From the NCBI GenBank assembly GCA_037481835.1, contig JBBFKW010000008.1, positions 64,001-128,000 of the forward strand: a stretch of 64,000 nt of DNA. Direction: 5' to 3'. The position numbers and the translations under genes were made by a program. Position 1 is the first letter of the stretch; each line of letters starts with the position of its first letter. A model generated the notes under the pieces. It did not search any database, was not told where the DNA came from, and was given only the letters and a program-made list of their open reading frames with translations. Source of the DNA: Desulfosoma sp. Lineage in GTDB: Bacteria; Desulfobacterota; Syntrophobacteria; Syntrophobacterales; DSM-9756. Shown in pieces: positions 20,657-31,272 of this stretch.

Positions 20657-21364
20657 TCAATACAACGCCGAAAAAGCCGCCCATGCGTTCCTGACGAAGG
20701 CGGCCACCTTGCGCGGGTCTTTGCGTCCCGAAGGATCTTCAAGACCCGTATGGGCATCGACCCCGAAGGGCCGCACCTTGCGCACGGCTTCGGCCACGTT
20801 TTCGGGGGTGAGGCCCCCCGCGAGAATCACCGGCTTGGGAGAAACTTCCACGATCCTTCGACTGACCTCCCAATCATGGGTCTTGCCGGTAGCCCCGCAG
20901 GCGCCGGTTTCGGGATCGAACGTGTCCGTGATCAGGGCATCCACATAAGGCGCAAAATCCATGACGGTTTGTTCCAGATCTTCCGAGGGCATTCCGGGGC
21001 GCACGATGACACTCTTGATCACTACAAGGCCAGGACGCGCGGCCTTGATCCGGCGGATGTCCTCAACGGGTGTTTCCCCGTGGAGCTGCACCGCCCGGGC
21101 GCCTAAAAAGGCACACAGATCCAGCACCTCTTTCCAATGAAAGGCGTAGGTGATGAGCACGGCGAAGACGTCTCGGGGAAGATTCTCAATAATGCGGGCC
21201 GCTTCCCGTTCAGTGAGATCCTCTCGGTGAACGCTCAGCCGCAAAGGAAAACCCAGCCAACGGATTCCCAGCCCGACGAGCATTCGAGCCTCATCCGCAT
21301 CCGCAATGCCGGCCACTTGAATGATTGGCTTTTGGAGCCTCACGGCCATCGGCTTTCCAGGCAC
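20657..21364 (-). CDS. trpF: Phosphoribosylanthranilate isomerase
   Basis: AVQLHG, GATGKTHDW, ILAGGLTPENV, GVDAHTGLE…KDP. Start uncertain. Confidence 0.85.
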   Translation of the reverse strand: MPGKPMAVRLQKPIIQVAGIADADEARMLVGLGIRWLGFPLRLSVHREDLTEREAARIIENLPRDVFAVLITYAFHWKEVLDLCAFLGARAVQLHGETPVEDIRRIKAARPGLVVIKSVIVRPGMPSEDLEQTVMDFAPYVDALITDTFDPETGACGATGKTHDWEVSRRIVEVSPKPVILAGGLTPENVAEAVRKVRPFGVDAHTGLEDPSGRKDPRKVAAFVRNAWAAFSALY

Positions 21365-21407
21365 CTCCCATGGCCCGCCGCCCCCTCCCGGCCCGTCGAC
21401 ACTGCTT

Positions 21408-22511
21408 TCAGGCTTCGCTCAGACTATCCTCGAGCGCCGAAGCCACACAGGAGATATCATCGTCTGTCATGGCGGGCCCCATGGGGAGGCTCAGCACCTC
21501 GGCGTGGATGCGTTCGGTCACGGGATAAGATCGCCCGGGCATTTCCCTGTAGGCGCCTTGCTTGTGGGGCGGAATGGGATAATGGATCAAGGTCTCGATC
21601 CCCCGCTCAGCCAAACGGCGCTGGAGGACATCCCTGTGCTTCGTGCGGATGACGAAAAGATGCCAGACCGGTTCGGCCCAGTGAGGCACGTGAGGAAGAA
21701 CGATTCCGGGAAGGGTGGCGAGTCTCTCGGCATACCGCGCCGCAACAAGGCGGCGGCGGTCGTTCCAGGCGTCGAGCCGTGTCAGTTTGACCCGCAGGAA
21801 AGCAGCCTGCAGTTCGTCCAAGCGGGAATTGAACCCTTTGTCTTCGTTCAAGTATTTTACGGAGGAGCCGTAATTGCGAAGAAGGCGCACCCGCTCGGCT
21901 AAAGAGTCGCAATTGGTCGTGACCGCCCCGCCGTCTCCGAAAGCCCCCAGGTTCTTTCCGGGATAAAAACTAAATCCCGCCGCATCTCCCAGGCTTCCCG
22001 TCCTTCGGCCCTTGTATCGCGCCCCGTGCGCTTGGGCCGCATCTTCGATGACCCTGAGGTTGTGTGCGCGGGCGATCTCCCGGATGGGATCCATGTCGGC
22101 CGGTTGCCCGTAGAGGTGCACGGCGATCACCGCCCGCGTGCGCGGCGTGATGGCTTCTTCGATGCGGGCGGGGTCCATGTTGTACGTGGATTCCAAAGGC
22201 TCGACGGGCACGGGAACCGCTCCGGCGTAAGAGACGGCAAGCCAGGTCGCAATGAAGGTGTTGGCCGGAACGATGACTTCATCCCCTGGGCCGATTTCCA
22301 TGGCCCGGAGGATGAGATGCAAGGCATCCAGGCCGTTACCCGTGCCGATGCAGTGCTTCACGCCGCAGTAGGCGGCGAATTCCGACTCGAAGGCCTGAAG
22401 TTCCCCACCGAGGATGTAGCGGCCGGAGGCCATGACCCGGCGGTAGGCCTCATCCAAGGCGTCTTCGAGTTCATGATACATGGCCTTCAGGTTAAGAAAC
22501 GGAACCCTCAC
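21408..22511 (-). CDS. DegT/DnrJ/EryC1/StrS sugar aminotransferase (FdtB/QdtB-like)
   Basis: [47 protein letters not shown]. Confidence 0.92.
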   Translation of the reverse strand: MRVPFLNLKAMYHELEDALDEAYRRVMASGRYILGGELQAFESEFAAYCGVKHCIGTGNGLDALHLILRAMEIGPGDEVIVPANTFIATWLAVSYAGAVPVPVEPLESTYNMDPARIEEAITPRTRAVIAVHLYGQPADMDPIREIARAHNLRVIEDAAQAHGARYKGRRTGSLGDAAGFSFYPGKNLGAFGDGGAVTTNCDSLAERVRLLRNYGSSVKYLNEDKGFNSRLDELQAAFLRVKLTRLDAWNDRRRLVAARYAERLATLPGIVLPHVPHWAEPVWHLFVIRTKHRDVLQRRLAERGIETLIHYPIPPHKQGAYREMPGRSYPVTERIHAEVLSLPMGPAMTDDDISCVASALEDSLSEA

Positions 22512-22921
22512 CCCGTCTTTTCCCGATGGAACGTTTCGTAGTCGCGGATGTAATCCTTTTCATCGTACGGCATGGATGCGAGCACGAGGCAGATCCCCCC
22601 GGACGAGAAATTTTCCAGCTCCCTCCAGATCATCTCGGGAACGTAGAGCCCGTAATAGGCCCGGTCCAGGTGGATGCGCCGACGTTCGCACCCGTCGTCC
22701 AAGACCACATCAAAGGCGCCCATGACTGAAACGATCAGTTGCTGCAATTGCCTGTGCGCATGCCCGCCGCGGCTTTCGCCTCCCGGAACGTCGTACAGGT
22801 AATAGACCCTCTCGATGCTGAACGGCAGGTGGACGCCGCCGTAAATAGGCGTGATGGCCCCCTGCCGATCGCTGATCTTGGGGAGATCGATGAGTTTGCA
22901 ATCATGAACGGTGGTTTTCAC
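22508..22921 (-). CDS. FdtA/QdtA family cupin, sugar 3,4-ketoisomerase
   Basis: [32 protein letters not shown]. Confidence 0.9.
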   Translation of the reverse strand: MKTTVHDCKLIDLPKISDRQGAITPIYGGVHLPFSIERVYYLYDVPGGESRGGHAHRQLQQLIVSVMGAFDVVLDDGCERRRIHLDRAYYGLYVPEMIWRELENFSSGGICLVLASMPYDEKDYIRDYETFHREKTG

Positions 22922-23358
22922 AGGCCTCGGTTCATCCTCTTGAAGGCTTCGTAGTCTCGAACGTAGTCTTCCAGGTCATAGGATTTGGAGGCGAGCACCA
23001 GAGCCACGGCATTGGTGGAAAAATGTTGCATGCGCCGCCAAATCATGTTGGGCACGTACAGGCCGTAATAGGCCCGGTTGAGCATGACCGTCTTTTGAGC
23101 CAGGCCGTCGTCCAGGAACACTTCGAAGCTTCCCGACAGGGCGATGATCACTTCGTGGAGCGTGCGGTAGGCGTGGCTGCCTCGGGATTCGCCGCCGGGG
23201 ACGTCGTAAATCCAATAAACCCGCGCGATGTCGAAGGGAATATGCCGATGGGCCTCAATAAAGGTGAGGTTTCCTCGATCGTCCAGGATCTTGGGAAACT
23301 GGATGATGGCCGTATCGTAGACGGATCGGGATGAGAGCGGTTCACTTCGGGACACCAC
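22918..23358 (-). CDS. FdtA/QdtA family cupin, second paralog
   Basis: DDRGNL, PFDIARVYWIYDVP, RGSHAY, LVLASKSYDLEDYVRDY. Confidence 0.88.
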   Translation of the reverse strand: MVSRSEPLSSRSVYDTAIIQFPKILDDRGNLTFIEAHRHIPFDIARVYWIYDVPGGESRGSHAYRTLHEVIIALSGSFEVFLDDGLAQKTVMLNRAYYGLYVPNMIWRRMQHFSTNAVALVLASKSYDLEDYVRDYEAFKRMNRGL

Positions 23359-23602
23359 GCCGTGCCTCCGAGGACAAAATGCCTTTCAATCGGTTGCGAA
23401 GCCTCCTTTTGAGGAGGCGCGGCACATGTTTCATGCAACACGGTGTTTGTCAAGCGACAAAAAAACGCTGATTTTTTTTTAATACGCCCTGTTGGAAACC
23501 CTTGGCAATTCCCGTATAAGATATCGTGACCGAAAAACATGCGAAAGGACGTTCGCTTTGTCCCAAAGCCCTTATCGCCCTGCATCTCCTGACGGCCCGA
23601 CC

Positions 23603-24898
23603 ATGAGCGCCCCATTGGCGGAAAGGATGCGCCCGCGGACACTCGAAGAATTCGTGGGACAGAGGCATCTTCTGGGGGAAGGCAAGATCCTCCATCGCCT
23701 CCTCAGTGGTTCTCTTTTTCAGTCCCTGATTCTGTGGGGCCCGCCCGGCTGTGGCAAGACGACCCTGGCCCGTCTCATCGCCGCCCGCACTCAGGGGCAC
23801 CTCATGGCTCTTTCCGCCGTCACGGCCGGGACGAAAGACATCCGCGAAGCCGTCGATGAGGCCCGTCGGGTCTTTGCCGCCTCTCGAAAGCGCTCTTGGC
23901 TCTTCATGGACGAAATCCATCGTCTGAACAAAGCCCAGCAAGACGTGCTCCTTCCCCACGTGGAAAAGGGAACCGTTTCCCTTCTGGGGGCGACGACGGA
24001 AAACCCGTCCTTCGAAATCATCCGCCCGTTGCTGAGCCGCTGTCACGTACTGGTTCTGGAATCGCTGACCCCGGAAGACCTAAAGACAGTCATCGAAAGA
24101 GCCTTGACGGATGCGGAGCGGGGGTTGGGGCCGCTCCGCCCCGTTGTGAGCGATGAGGCGCTGAGGCTTCTTGTGGAGGCGGCGGGAGGCGATGCCCGCG
24201 TAGCGCTCAATCTCTTGGAAACCGCCGTTTTGAGCACACCGCCCGATGCGAACGGCATCCGACGGGTCGAGGCGTCCACGGTGGTGGACGTCATGGAACG
24301 GCCGCCTCATTACGACAAGAGCGGCGAGGAACACTACAACCTCATTTCGGCGTTTCACAAAAGCCTTCGCGGCAGCGATCCCGACGCGGCGCTCTATTGG
24401 TATACGCGCATGCTCCAGGCCGGAGAGGACCCCCTTTACATCGGCCGCAGGCTGGTGGTGGCGGCATCGGAAGATGTGGGCCTGGCGGATCCGTTCGCCC
24501 TGGTTCTCGCCATGAACGCCGTTCGGGCTTACGAACTCCTGGGAAGCCCCGAAGGGGAACTCCATTTGGCCCAAGCCGTGGTGTACGTGAGCCTTGCGCC
24601 CAAAAGCAACAGCGTCTACAAGGCCTTGACGGCCGCGCGGGACACCGCCCGAAAGACGCCTTTCGACCCCGTGCCCTTCCATTTGCGGAACGCTCCGACG
24701 GCCCTTTTGAAAGAATTGGGGTACGGCAGAGCCTACCGGTACCCTCATGACGACCCGGAAGGGTGGGTTCCGGAAATGTATTTCCCGGAAGCGCTGGCGG
24801 GAACCGTGTTCTACGAGCCCACTCCGCGGGGCTGGGAGGGGAAATGGAGGGAGGCCCTGGCTCGGAGGCGCCGCCGGGCCGAAAGGGAAAGCCCTTAA
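23603..24898 (+). CDS. rarA: Replication-associated recombination protein A
   Basis: [52 protein letters not shown]. Start uncertain. Confidence 0.95.
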   Translation: MSAPLAERMRPRTLEEFVGQRHLLGEGKILHRLLSGSLFQSLILWGPPGCGKTTLARLIAARTQGHLMALSAVTAGTKDIREAVDEARRVFAASRKRSWLFMDEIHRLNKAQQDVLLPHVEKGTVSLLGATTENPSFEIIRPLLSRCHVLVLESLTPEDLKTVIERALTDAERGLGPLRPVVSDEALRLLVEAAGGDARVALNLLETAVLSTPPDANGIRRVEASTVVDVMERPPHYDKSGEEHYNLISAFHKSLRGSDPDAALYWYTRMLQAGEDPLYIGRRLVVAASEDVGLADPFALVLAMNAVRAYELLGSPEGELHLAQAVVYVSLAPKSNSVYKALTAARDTARKTPFDPVPFHLRNAPTALLKELGYGRAYRYPHDDPEGWVPEMYFPEALAGTVFYEPTPRGWEGKWREALARRRRRAERESP

Positions 24899-24908
24899 GG
24901 GACACAGA

Positions 24909-26462
24909 ATGAAAACGGATCGCGGAAACGTCGTGACCATGGACCGCTTTTATCCCTTGAAATCGTGGCGGCAAAACAAGATCGCCCCATCGGTTGCTGT
25001 GCAGGGCGCGGCATCCAAGGCGTCTGCTTCCGTCCCGCAGGGAAAACCCTTCCGGCTGGTGAAGTACGTGGCGGTCTCCAGCCTGGTGGTGATTCTGGTG
25101 AGCACCGTTTTTCTCTCCGGGTTCCTTTCCCATAGGGCGAAAAAGATCCTCGTGCAAAAAAGCGAAGAATACGCCTTCCTTACGGCGGAAAACCTGAACC
25201 ACCAAGTATTCTATCAATTTACGGCGCCGACTTTCATGATCGAAGGCGAAATTCGCCTGAGCCGAAAGGATCAGTACGATCGGCTGGATAAAGTGGTCAA
25301 GAGCGCCATCCACGGCCTTGCCATCGAACGGGTGGACATCTACACCACGGAAGGGATTCTCACTTACAGCACCGAAGAGGTCCCTTTGGGAGAAAAGAGA
25401 GACCTGGGCGAGCCGTTCCAGAAGGCGCTGGCGGGCGATGCCGTCTCCATCACGGAAGGACGCCGGCATTCCATCCTGGGCGTGTCTTGGGCCATCGGGC
25501 CTCAAAAAATGCGCACCTACTTGCCCATGTGGGTGGAAATGCCCCTGAGCTGGAAGCGGGGGCGCGTTATCGGCGTTTTTGAAATCACCCAAGATATCAC
25601 GGCGGACCAGGCGAACATCACGCGGTTTCAGATCATCATCTTTGCCAGCGTGGCCGCCTTCGTGGGCGTCTTGTTTGCGGCGCTGGTGGCCATCTTGCGG
25701 CGGGCTGAAAACATCCTGGAAGCGAGAGCCCGGGAACGGCAAAAACTGGAGGAGGAACTCAACCGGGCGGAAAGGCTGGCGGTCCTCGGGGAAATGATCG
25801 CCGGGGTGTCCCACGAGATCAAGAACCCCCTGGGCATCATCCGCAGCACGGCGGAACTGCTGGAAAAGCGCTTGGATGAACCCCGCCCGAAGAAGCTCGC
25901 CTCCATCTTGGTGGAAGAAGCCACGCGGCTGAACAACATCGTCACCGAATTTTTGGACTTTGCCAGGCCGAAGGACTTACGGGTGAGCCCGTGCCGGGTG
26001 GAAGACGTCTTGGAGCGCAACCTCACGGTCATCGAGGCGGAGTGCCAGAAGCGAAACATCCGGATCGAAAAGGACTACCAGACGGGGGATTATGTGTTGG
26101 ACGCAGACGCGAACCTCCTTTACCGCGCCTTCATGAACCTCATGGTCAACGCCGTCCAGGCCATGGACGAAGGCGGCACGCTGCGCATCGAAACGTCCCT
26201 GCGGTGCCTGGACAGTCGCCAAGATCCCGTGGTGGAGGTGCACATCGCCGACACCGGCCCTGGAATTCCGCAGGAGGTGTTGGGAAAGATCTTCAACCCG
26301 TTTTTCACCACCCGGGAAAAGGGAACGGGACTGGGGCTGTCCATCGTGCAGAGTATCGTCCAGAGCCACCACGGCACGGTGGATTTGGTGCCCCGGGCCG
26401 AAGGCGGCACGACCGCCGTCGTGCGTCTGCCGATGCGCCAACCGGAAACCTTAGAGGGCTGA
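24909..26462 (+). CDS. Membrane sensor histidine kinase (NtrB-like)
   Basis: Two transmembrane segments, H-box SHEIKNPL, NAVQA, DTGPGI, PFFTT, GTGLGL. Confidence 0.92.
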   Translation: MKTDRGNVVTMDRFYPLKSWRQNKIAPSVAVQGAASKASASVPQGKPFRLVKYVAVSSLVVILVSTVFLSGFLSHRAKKILVQKSEEYAFLTAENLNHQVFYQFTAPTFMIEGEIRLSRKDQYDRLDKVVKSAIHGLAIERVDIYTTEGILTYSTEEVPLGEKRDLGEPFQKALAGDAVSITEGRRHSILGVSWAIGPQKMRTYLPMWVEMPLSWKRGRVIGVFEITQDITADQANITRFQIIIFASVAAFVGVLFAALVAILRRAENILEARARERQKLEEELNRAERLAVLGEMIAGVSHEIKNPLGIIRSTAELLEKRLDEPRPKKLASILVEEATRLNNIVTEFLDFARPKDLRVSPCRVEDVLERNLTVIEAECQKRNIRIEKDYQTGDYVLDADANLLYRAFMNLMVNAVQAMDEGGTLRIETSLRCLDSRQDPVVEVHIADTGPGIPQEVLGKIFNPFFTTREKGTGLGLSIVQSIVQSHHGTVDLVPRAEGGTTAVVRLPMRQPETLEG

Positions 26463-26517
26463 AAGAGCATAGCTGTTCGGAGGGATAGGCAGTCCCGAGG
26501 CACCAATCGAGACACCC

Positions 26518-28008
26518 ATGGGAAACATCCTCATCATCGACGACGAAAAGAACTATCTCGTCATCTTGGAAGACCTCCTTTCCGAGGAAGGCCACCACGT
26601 CCTTACGGCCGAAAGCGGTCCGCAAGGACTGGATTTGGTGAAAAACAACGATCTGGACGTGGTCATCACGGATATGAAAATGCCGGGCATGGACGGCATG
26701 CAGGTCCTGGAAGAGGTCCGCGCCGTGGATGCCGACCTTCCGGTCATTATGATGACGGCTTACGGCACGGTGGAAAAGGCCGTGGAAGCCATGAAAAAAG
26801 GGGCGTTCCACTATATCTTGAAGCCCTTTGAAAACGAGGAACTCAAGGTCCTGGTCCAAAAGGCCGTGGAACACCACCTCATCGTCCGCCAAAACCGGCA
26901 GATGAAGGGAATCCTGGAAGAGCGCCATCACTTTCACAACATTGTGGGAAAAAGCGCCCCCATGCAGAAGGTCTACGACCTCATCCGCAAGGTGGCGCCC
27001 ACCAAGGCGACGGTGCTCATCACGGGGGAATCGGGCACGGGAAAGGAACTCATCGCCCGGGCGATCCATTTCAACAGCCCTCGGAAGGCTGGCCCCTTCA
27101 TATCCGTGAATTGCGGCGCCCTTCCGGAAAACCTTCTGGAAAGCGAACTCTTCGGCCACGAACGGGGCGCTTTCACGGGCGCCGTGGGGCTGCGCAAGGG
27201 TCGATTCGAACTGGCCCACGGCGGGACGCTTTTTTTGGACGAAATCAGTGAAATGTCTCCACCGCTTCAGGTCAAGCTCTTGAGGGCCTTGCAGGAAATG
27301 CGCTTCGAACGCGTCGGCGGCACGGAAACGCTCCATGTGGACGTGCGCGTCCTGGCTGCTTCAAACCGAAACCTCAAAGAAGAAGTGGCTGCCGGCCGAT
27401 TTCGATCCGATCTCTTCTTCCGTCTCAACGTGGTCCACATCCAGCTGCCGCCTCTTCGGGAGCGCACCGGGGACATTCCGCTCCTTGCGGCCTATTTTCT
27501 AAAAAAGTACGAAAAACAGACAGGGCGCGAGGAGATGAGCATCCGGCCGGACGCCTTGCGGACTCTCCTGGATTACCCATGGCCGGGAAACGTGCGGGAA
27601 CTGGAAAATGTCATCGAACGGGCCGTCATCCTGTGCCCAGGCAGAGAAATCACCCCTGACGATCTACCGAGCGAACTCCTACGACCTTCCTCCCCCTCCT
27701 TGGCTTCAGGAGGCGGACCGCCCCCTTCCCGTGGCGAAGATCTCGACCTTTCCCCAGAAAGCCCGTACCGGGCGGAAGCGGAACGGCGCCTTCCGCCGGG
27801 GCCGCAGCGCGTGCGCCAGCTTCGGGCTCTGGATTTCATCCACAGCCACGGCTACATCACCAACCGCGATTATGCGCGGCTGAACGAACTTTCGGAACGC
27901 CAGGCCCTTCGCGAACTGACCGAGATGGTGGATCGGGGCGTCCTGGTGCGCGTGGGAAAAGGCCGGGCCTGCCAATACGTTTTTCCGGAGCCCCCCCGGA
28001 TGCCGTAA
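26518..28008 (+). CDS. Sigma54-dependent response regulator (NtrC family)
   Basis: Receiver domain (IIDDE, TDMKMP), [22 protein letters not shown]. Atypical C-terminal HTH. Confidence 0.93.
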   Translation: MGNILIIDDEKNYLVILEDLLSEEGHHVLTAESGPQGLDLVKNNDLDVVITDMKMPGMDGMQVLEEVRAVDADLPVIMMTAYGTVEKAVEAMKKGAFHYILKPFENEELKVLVQKAVEHHLIVRQNRQMKGILEERHHFHNIVGKSAPMQKVYDLIRKVAPTKATVLITGESGTGKELIARAIHFNSPRKAGPFISVNCGALPENLLESELFGHERGAFTGAVGLRKGRFELAHGGTLFLDEISEMSPPLQVKLLRALQEMRFERVGGTETLHVDVRVLAASNRNLKEEVAAGRFRSDLFFRLNVVHIQLPPLRERTGDIPLLAAYFLKKYEKQTGREEMSIRPDALRTLLDYPWPGNVRELENVIERAVILCPGREITPDDLPSELLRPSSPSLASGGGPPPSRGEDLDLSPESPYRAEAERRLPPGPQRVRQLRALDFIHSHGYITNRDYARLNELSERQALRELTEMVDRGVLVRVGKGRACQYVFPEPPRMP

Positions 28009-28118
28009 GGGCGGCCCCCTCACCCCGTGGGGCCCAATGCCGGCTCATGACGGCGGCACACGGCGGGCTTTTTCGGAAACGCCGGCAAACCGGCCCACCG
28101 GGTCCCCCTGGGCAAAGC

Positions 28119-28148
28119 GCTTGACATCGCAGGTCAAGCCAATAGAAT
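28119..28148 (+). promoter_or_regulatory. Putative sigma70 promoter with an overlapping palindrome
   Basis: TTGACA-N16-TAGAAT, and GCTTGAC-N7-GTCAAGC inverted repeat. Confidence 0.5.
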
Positions 28149-28218
28149 TGCGCGGAGACCCGAGACGGCTACGGCCCCTAACCCCTCCATGTGACCAGAA
28201 TCAATAGGAGAATCACTT

Positions 28219-29772
28219 ATGCAAACGGTGGCGGACAAGATCAGGGAACTGCGAGAGAGGGAAGCGAAGATCAAGGAGATGGGCGGCGAAAAGGCCGTCG
28301 CCGCGCAGCACGAACGGGGAAAGCTCACGGCGCGGGAGCGCTTGGAATATTTTTTTGATCCCGGCACGTTTCGGGAACTGGATATCTTCGTCAAACACCG
28401 GGGAACACTTTTCGGCTTGGACAAAATGGACATTCCCGCCGACGGCGTCATCACGGGCTACGGGTTGGTCAACGGCCGGCAAGTGTTCGCCTTTTCCCAA
28501 GATTTCACCGCCCGGGCCGGCACCCTGGGGGAGATGCATTCCCGAAAGATCTGCAAAGTCATGGACCTGGCCCTCAAGGCGGGTAAACCCTTCGTGGGTT
28601 TCAATGATTCCGGCGGCGCCCGCATCCAGGAAGGCGTGGACGCCCTTTCCGGATACGGCCAAATCTTCTACCGGAACGCCATCAGTTCCGGGGTTATTCC
28701 CCAGATTTCCGCCATCATGGGCCCGTGCGCCGGAGGGGCGGTCTATTCGCCGGCCATGACGGACTTCGTCTTCATGGTGAAAAACACGAGCTACATGTTC
28801 ATCACCGGCCCGGACGTCATCAAGTCCGTGCTCGGCGAAGAGATCACCCAGGAAGAACTGGGCGGCGCCATCGCCCACAGCACGAAGAGCGGGGTGGCGC
28901 ACTTCGCCTGCGAAAACGACCGTCACGCCATCGATGAAATCAAACGGCTGCTGAGTTTCCTGCCGGACAACAACATGGAAGATCCGCCCATCGTGGACAT
29001 GGGGGACGACCCTTACAGGCCGGCGCCCGAATTGGACACCATCCTTCCGGACAACCCCATGGGCGCCTATGACATGAAGGACGTCATTCGAGCCATCGTG
29101 GATCGCGGCGACTTTTTCGAAGTGCACGAAGGCTACGCCCAAAACATGGTGGTCGGCTTTGCGCGCCTGAACGGACGGCCCATCGGCATTATCGCCAACC
29201 AGCCCAAGGTCTTGGCCGGCTGCCTGGACGTGGACTCTTCCGACAAGGCCACCCGGTTCATCCGGTTTTGCGACGCCTTCAACATCCCGTTGCTCACCCT
29301 GGCCGACGTGCCCGGCTACCTTCCGGGAAAGCAGCAGGAATGGGGCGGCATCATCCGGCACGGCGCCAAGCTCCTGTGGTGCTACTCGGAAGCCACGGTC
29401 CCCAAAGTGACCCTCATCATCCGCAAGGACTACGGCGGATCTTACCTCGCCATGTGTTCCAAGGACCTGGGCGCGGACATCGCTCTGGCCTGGCCCACGG
29501 CGGAAATCGCCGTCATGGGCGCCGAAGGAGCGGCCAATATCATTTTTCGAAAAGACATTCAGACCGCACCGGATCCCGTGGCCAAGCGGAAGGAAAAAAT
29601 CGAGGAATACCGAAATCTCCTCTATAACCCCTACATTGCCGCATCCCGGGGATATATCGACGGGGTCATCGTCCCGAGCGAAACGCGGGCACGGCTCGTG
29701 GAAGCCTACGAACTCTTGGCGACCAAGCGCCAGGCCCTGCCGCCCAAAAAGCACGGAAACATCCCCATGTAA
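28219..29772 (+). CDS. Acyl-CoA carboxylase/decarboxylase carboxyltransferase subunit (PccB/MmdA-like)
   Basis: GKLTARER, DSGGARIQEG, GPCAGGAVYSPA, DVPGYLPG, PPKKHGNIP. Confidence 0.93.
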   Translation: MQTVADKIRELREREAKIKEMGGEKAVAAQHERGKLTARERLEYFFDPGTFRELDIFVKHRGTLFGLDKMDIPADGVITGYGLVNGRQVFAFSQDFTARAGTLGEMHSRKICKVMDLALKAGKPFVGFNDSGGARIQEGVDALSGYGQIFYRNAISSGVIPQISAIMGPCAGGAVYSPAMTDFVFMVKNTSYMFITGPDVIKSVLGEEITQEELGGAIAHSTKSGVAHFACENDRHAIDEIKRLLSFLPDNNMEDPPIVDMGDDPYRPAPELDTILPDNPMGAYDMKDVIRAIVDRGDFFEVHEGYAQNMVVGFARLNGRPIGIIANQPKVLAGCLDVDSSDKATRFIRFCDAFNIPLLTLADVPGYLPGKQQEWGGIIRHGAKLLWCYSEATVPKVTLIIRKDYGGSYLAMCSKDLGADIALAWPTAEIAVMGAEGAANIIFRKDIQTAPDPVAKRKEKIEEYRNLLYNPYIAASRGYIDGVIVPSETRARLVEAYELLATKRQALPPKKHGNIPM

Positions 29773-29940
29773 CCGCCTTTTTGCCCACCGGGGCGGGAGT
29801 TTTTCCCGCCCCGTGGGGTCCCCGACTTTTCATCCCGTCGGTTCGAGAACTTAATTCAAAAGAAAATAGCGCCGTGGCGCGAGGTAAAAAAAGGTCTCCC
29901 GCAAAGGCGCAAAGAAAGCGTTGTGAGCGGAAACGAGCGA

Positions 29941-30388
29941 GTTAGGACACCTTTGTGTGAAAGCCGCGGTCGGGATCCGGGAGGGCAGGACTTTCATGGT
30001 TCGTCGCCTCGCCGGCCACCATCCTTGAATAAACTCGTAGGTTGGGGTGAGCGCAGCGAACCCCAACAAAAAGTGGGGATACACCGGCACGTTGCGGTGT
30101 CACAACGAACGATGAAACTCGAACCCCCGGGAGCTTGTCCGAGAACCTTTTATATGGAAGTCTCTTTAACACACCCTAACAGTCATGGCTCCCCTTGCGC
30201 CACCCCGCACAGATGAAAGATGTCGTCAAGGGAGAGTCCTTTCTGTAGGAGCCGGCTTGCCGGCGATCCCAATCGCGGCCAAGGCCGCTCCTACAAGCGA
30301 CCGGAAACACAGTTCTTTCACCCTAACCACAAGACTTTCATCCTTCGTCGTCACGGGCTGCCCGTGATGGGGGCTAAGGAAACGCTTG
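29941..30388. repeat. Composite MITE/REP mosaic element, copy 1
   Basis: Module-by-module similarity to 56280-56755. Contains REP 30037-30067, terminal-repeat-like gagcttgtccgagaa 30131-30145 and a REP pair at 30244-30295. Confidence 0.8.
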
Positions 30389-30409
30389 ACCGTCGCTCCA
30401 GGGGAAGTG

Positions 30410-30877
30410 TCAGGCCTGAGACGCCAAGCGATAGGTTCGGCCGGAGACGGTGAGCTTGTAAGTTCGCGAGTCGGGATCCAGGCTCAAGCGGGATGCCAGT
30501 TCGTAATAGGCCGACTTGCCGAACCGGGCGAGGAGGTGCTTTCGCGTCGCCAGGCAATACAAGGCGTTGTCGCCCTTGACGGAAAGGGTCTCGGGCCGCA
30601 GCGGCTCCCTTCGCCCGTCTTCCAACTGGATGTCCACGGATCGGACCGTGCCGTCGGATTCTTCCTCGATGAAGACGTACCGGACCCACAGCGGAGCGTC
30701 GGCAGTCCGCACGGGATGGACCTCTCCTTCGCAGCGCAGGTAATACCGGCCGTCCTTTTCGAAAAGGGACCGGCTGAGCATCCTAAAGAGCTCGGGGTCG
30801 GTCACCGGGTTTCCTTCGCAGAACCAGTTGCCGTGCCCGTCGATGTAATAATCGTAAAGGTGTTTCTGTTCCGCCAC
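30410..30877 (-). CDS. DUF1285-like hypothetical protein
   Basis: IDGHGNWFCEG, V…DAPL, LYC…ARF pattern. AGGGGG RBS before the GTG start. Confidence 0.65.
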   Translation of the reverse strand: MAEQKHLYDYYIDGHGNWFCEGNPVTDPELFRMLSRSLFEKDGRYYLRCEGEVHPVRTADAPLWVRYVFIEEESDGTVRSVDIQLEDGRREPLRPETLSVKGDNALYCLATRKHLLARFGKSAYYELASRLSLDPDSRTYKLTVSGRTYRLASQA

Positions 30878-30904
30878 GCCTGAGCCCCCTCGGGGCCCTG
30901 AAAA

Positions 30905-31195
30905 TCAGAAGGTGAAGTCCACGGCGATGATCTGCTCGCACATGGCTCGGACCAATTCCAGGACTTTCACATGGTCCGGATGGCTTTGATAGCGCTTGAG
31001 GGCTTCCATGTCCTTGAAACTGGAAACCAACGCAAAGTCGAAGGACCGTTCCGAATGCACGATGTCACGGCCGAAATCGTAGGAAAGAATTTCCGGGATG
31101 GCCCCGGGGAGCCGATCCAGCCCTTGCTCCAGTTGGGTGATGTCCGATTCGCCGATGCCGGGCTTGAATTTCATCACGACCACATGCTTGATCAT
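30905..31195 (-). CDS. Dabb family stress-responsive A/B barrel protein
   Basis: MIKHVVVMKFK, FDFALVSSF, YQSHPDH, AVDF. Confidence 0.9.
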   Translation of the reverse strand: MIKHVVVMKFKPGIGESDITQLEQGLDRLPGAIPEILSYDFGRDIVHSERSFDFALVSSFKDMEALKRYQSHPDHVKVLELVRAMCEQIIAVDFTF

Positions 31196-31272
31196 GCCGT
31201 CCTCCGTTTTTTCGAGTGCTCAGATGATGGCAGAAGCGCCCCCTTGCCCCACCGACGGCGCGGATGCCGCCC

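Noticed and set aside
29941..30327. Integron attC-like GTTAGG/CCTAAC motifs in the mosaics
   Set aside because: Spacing and orientation do not fit attC sites, and there are no cassette ORFs or integrase.
29851..30453. Short ORFs such as …FLLGFAALTPTY… (also 56273-56712)
   Set aside because: They are translations of the REP/MITE sequence.
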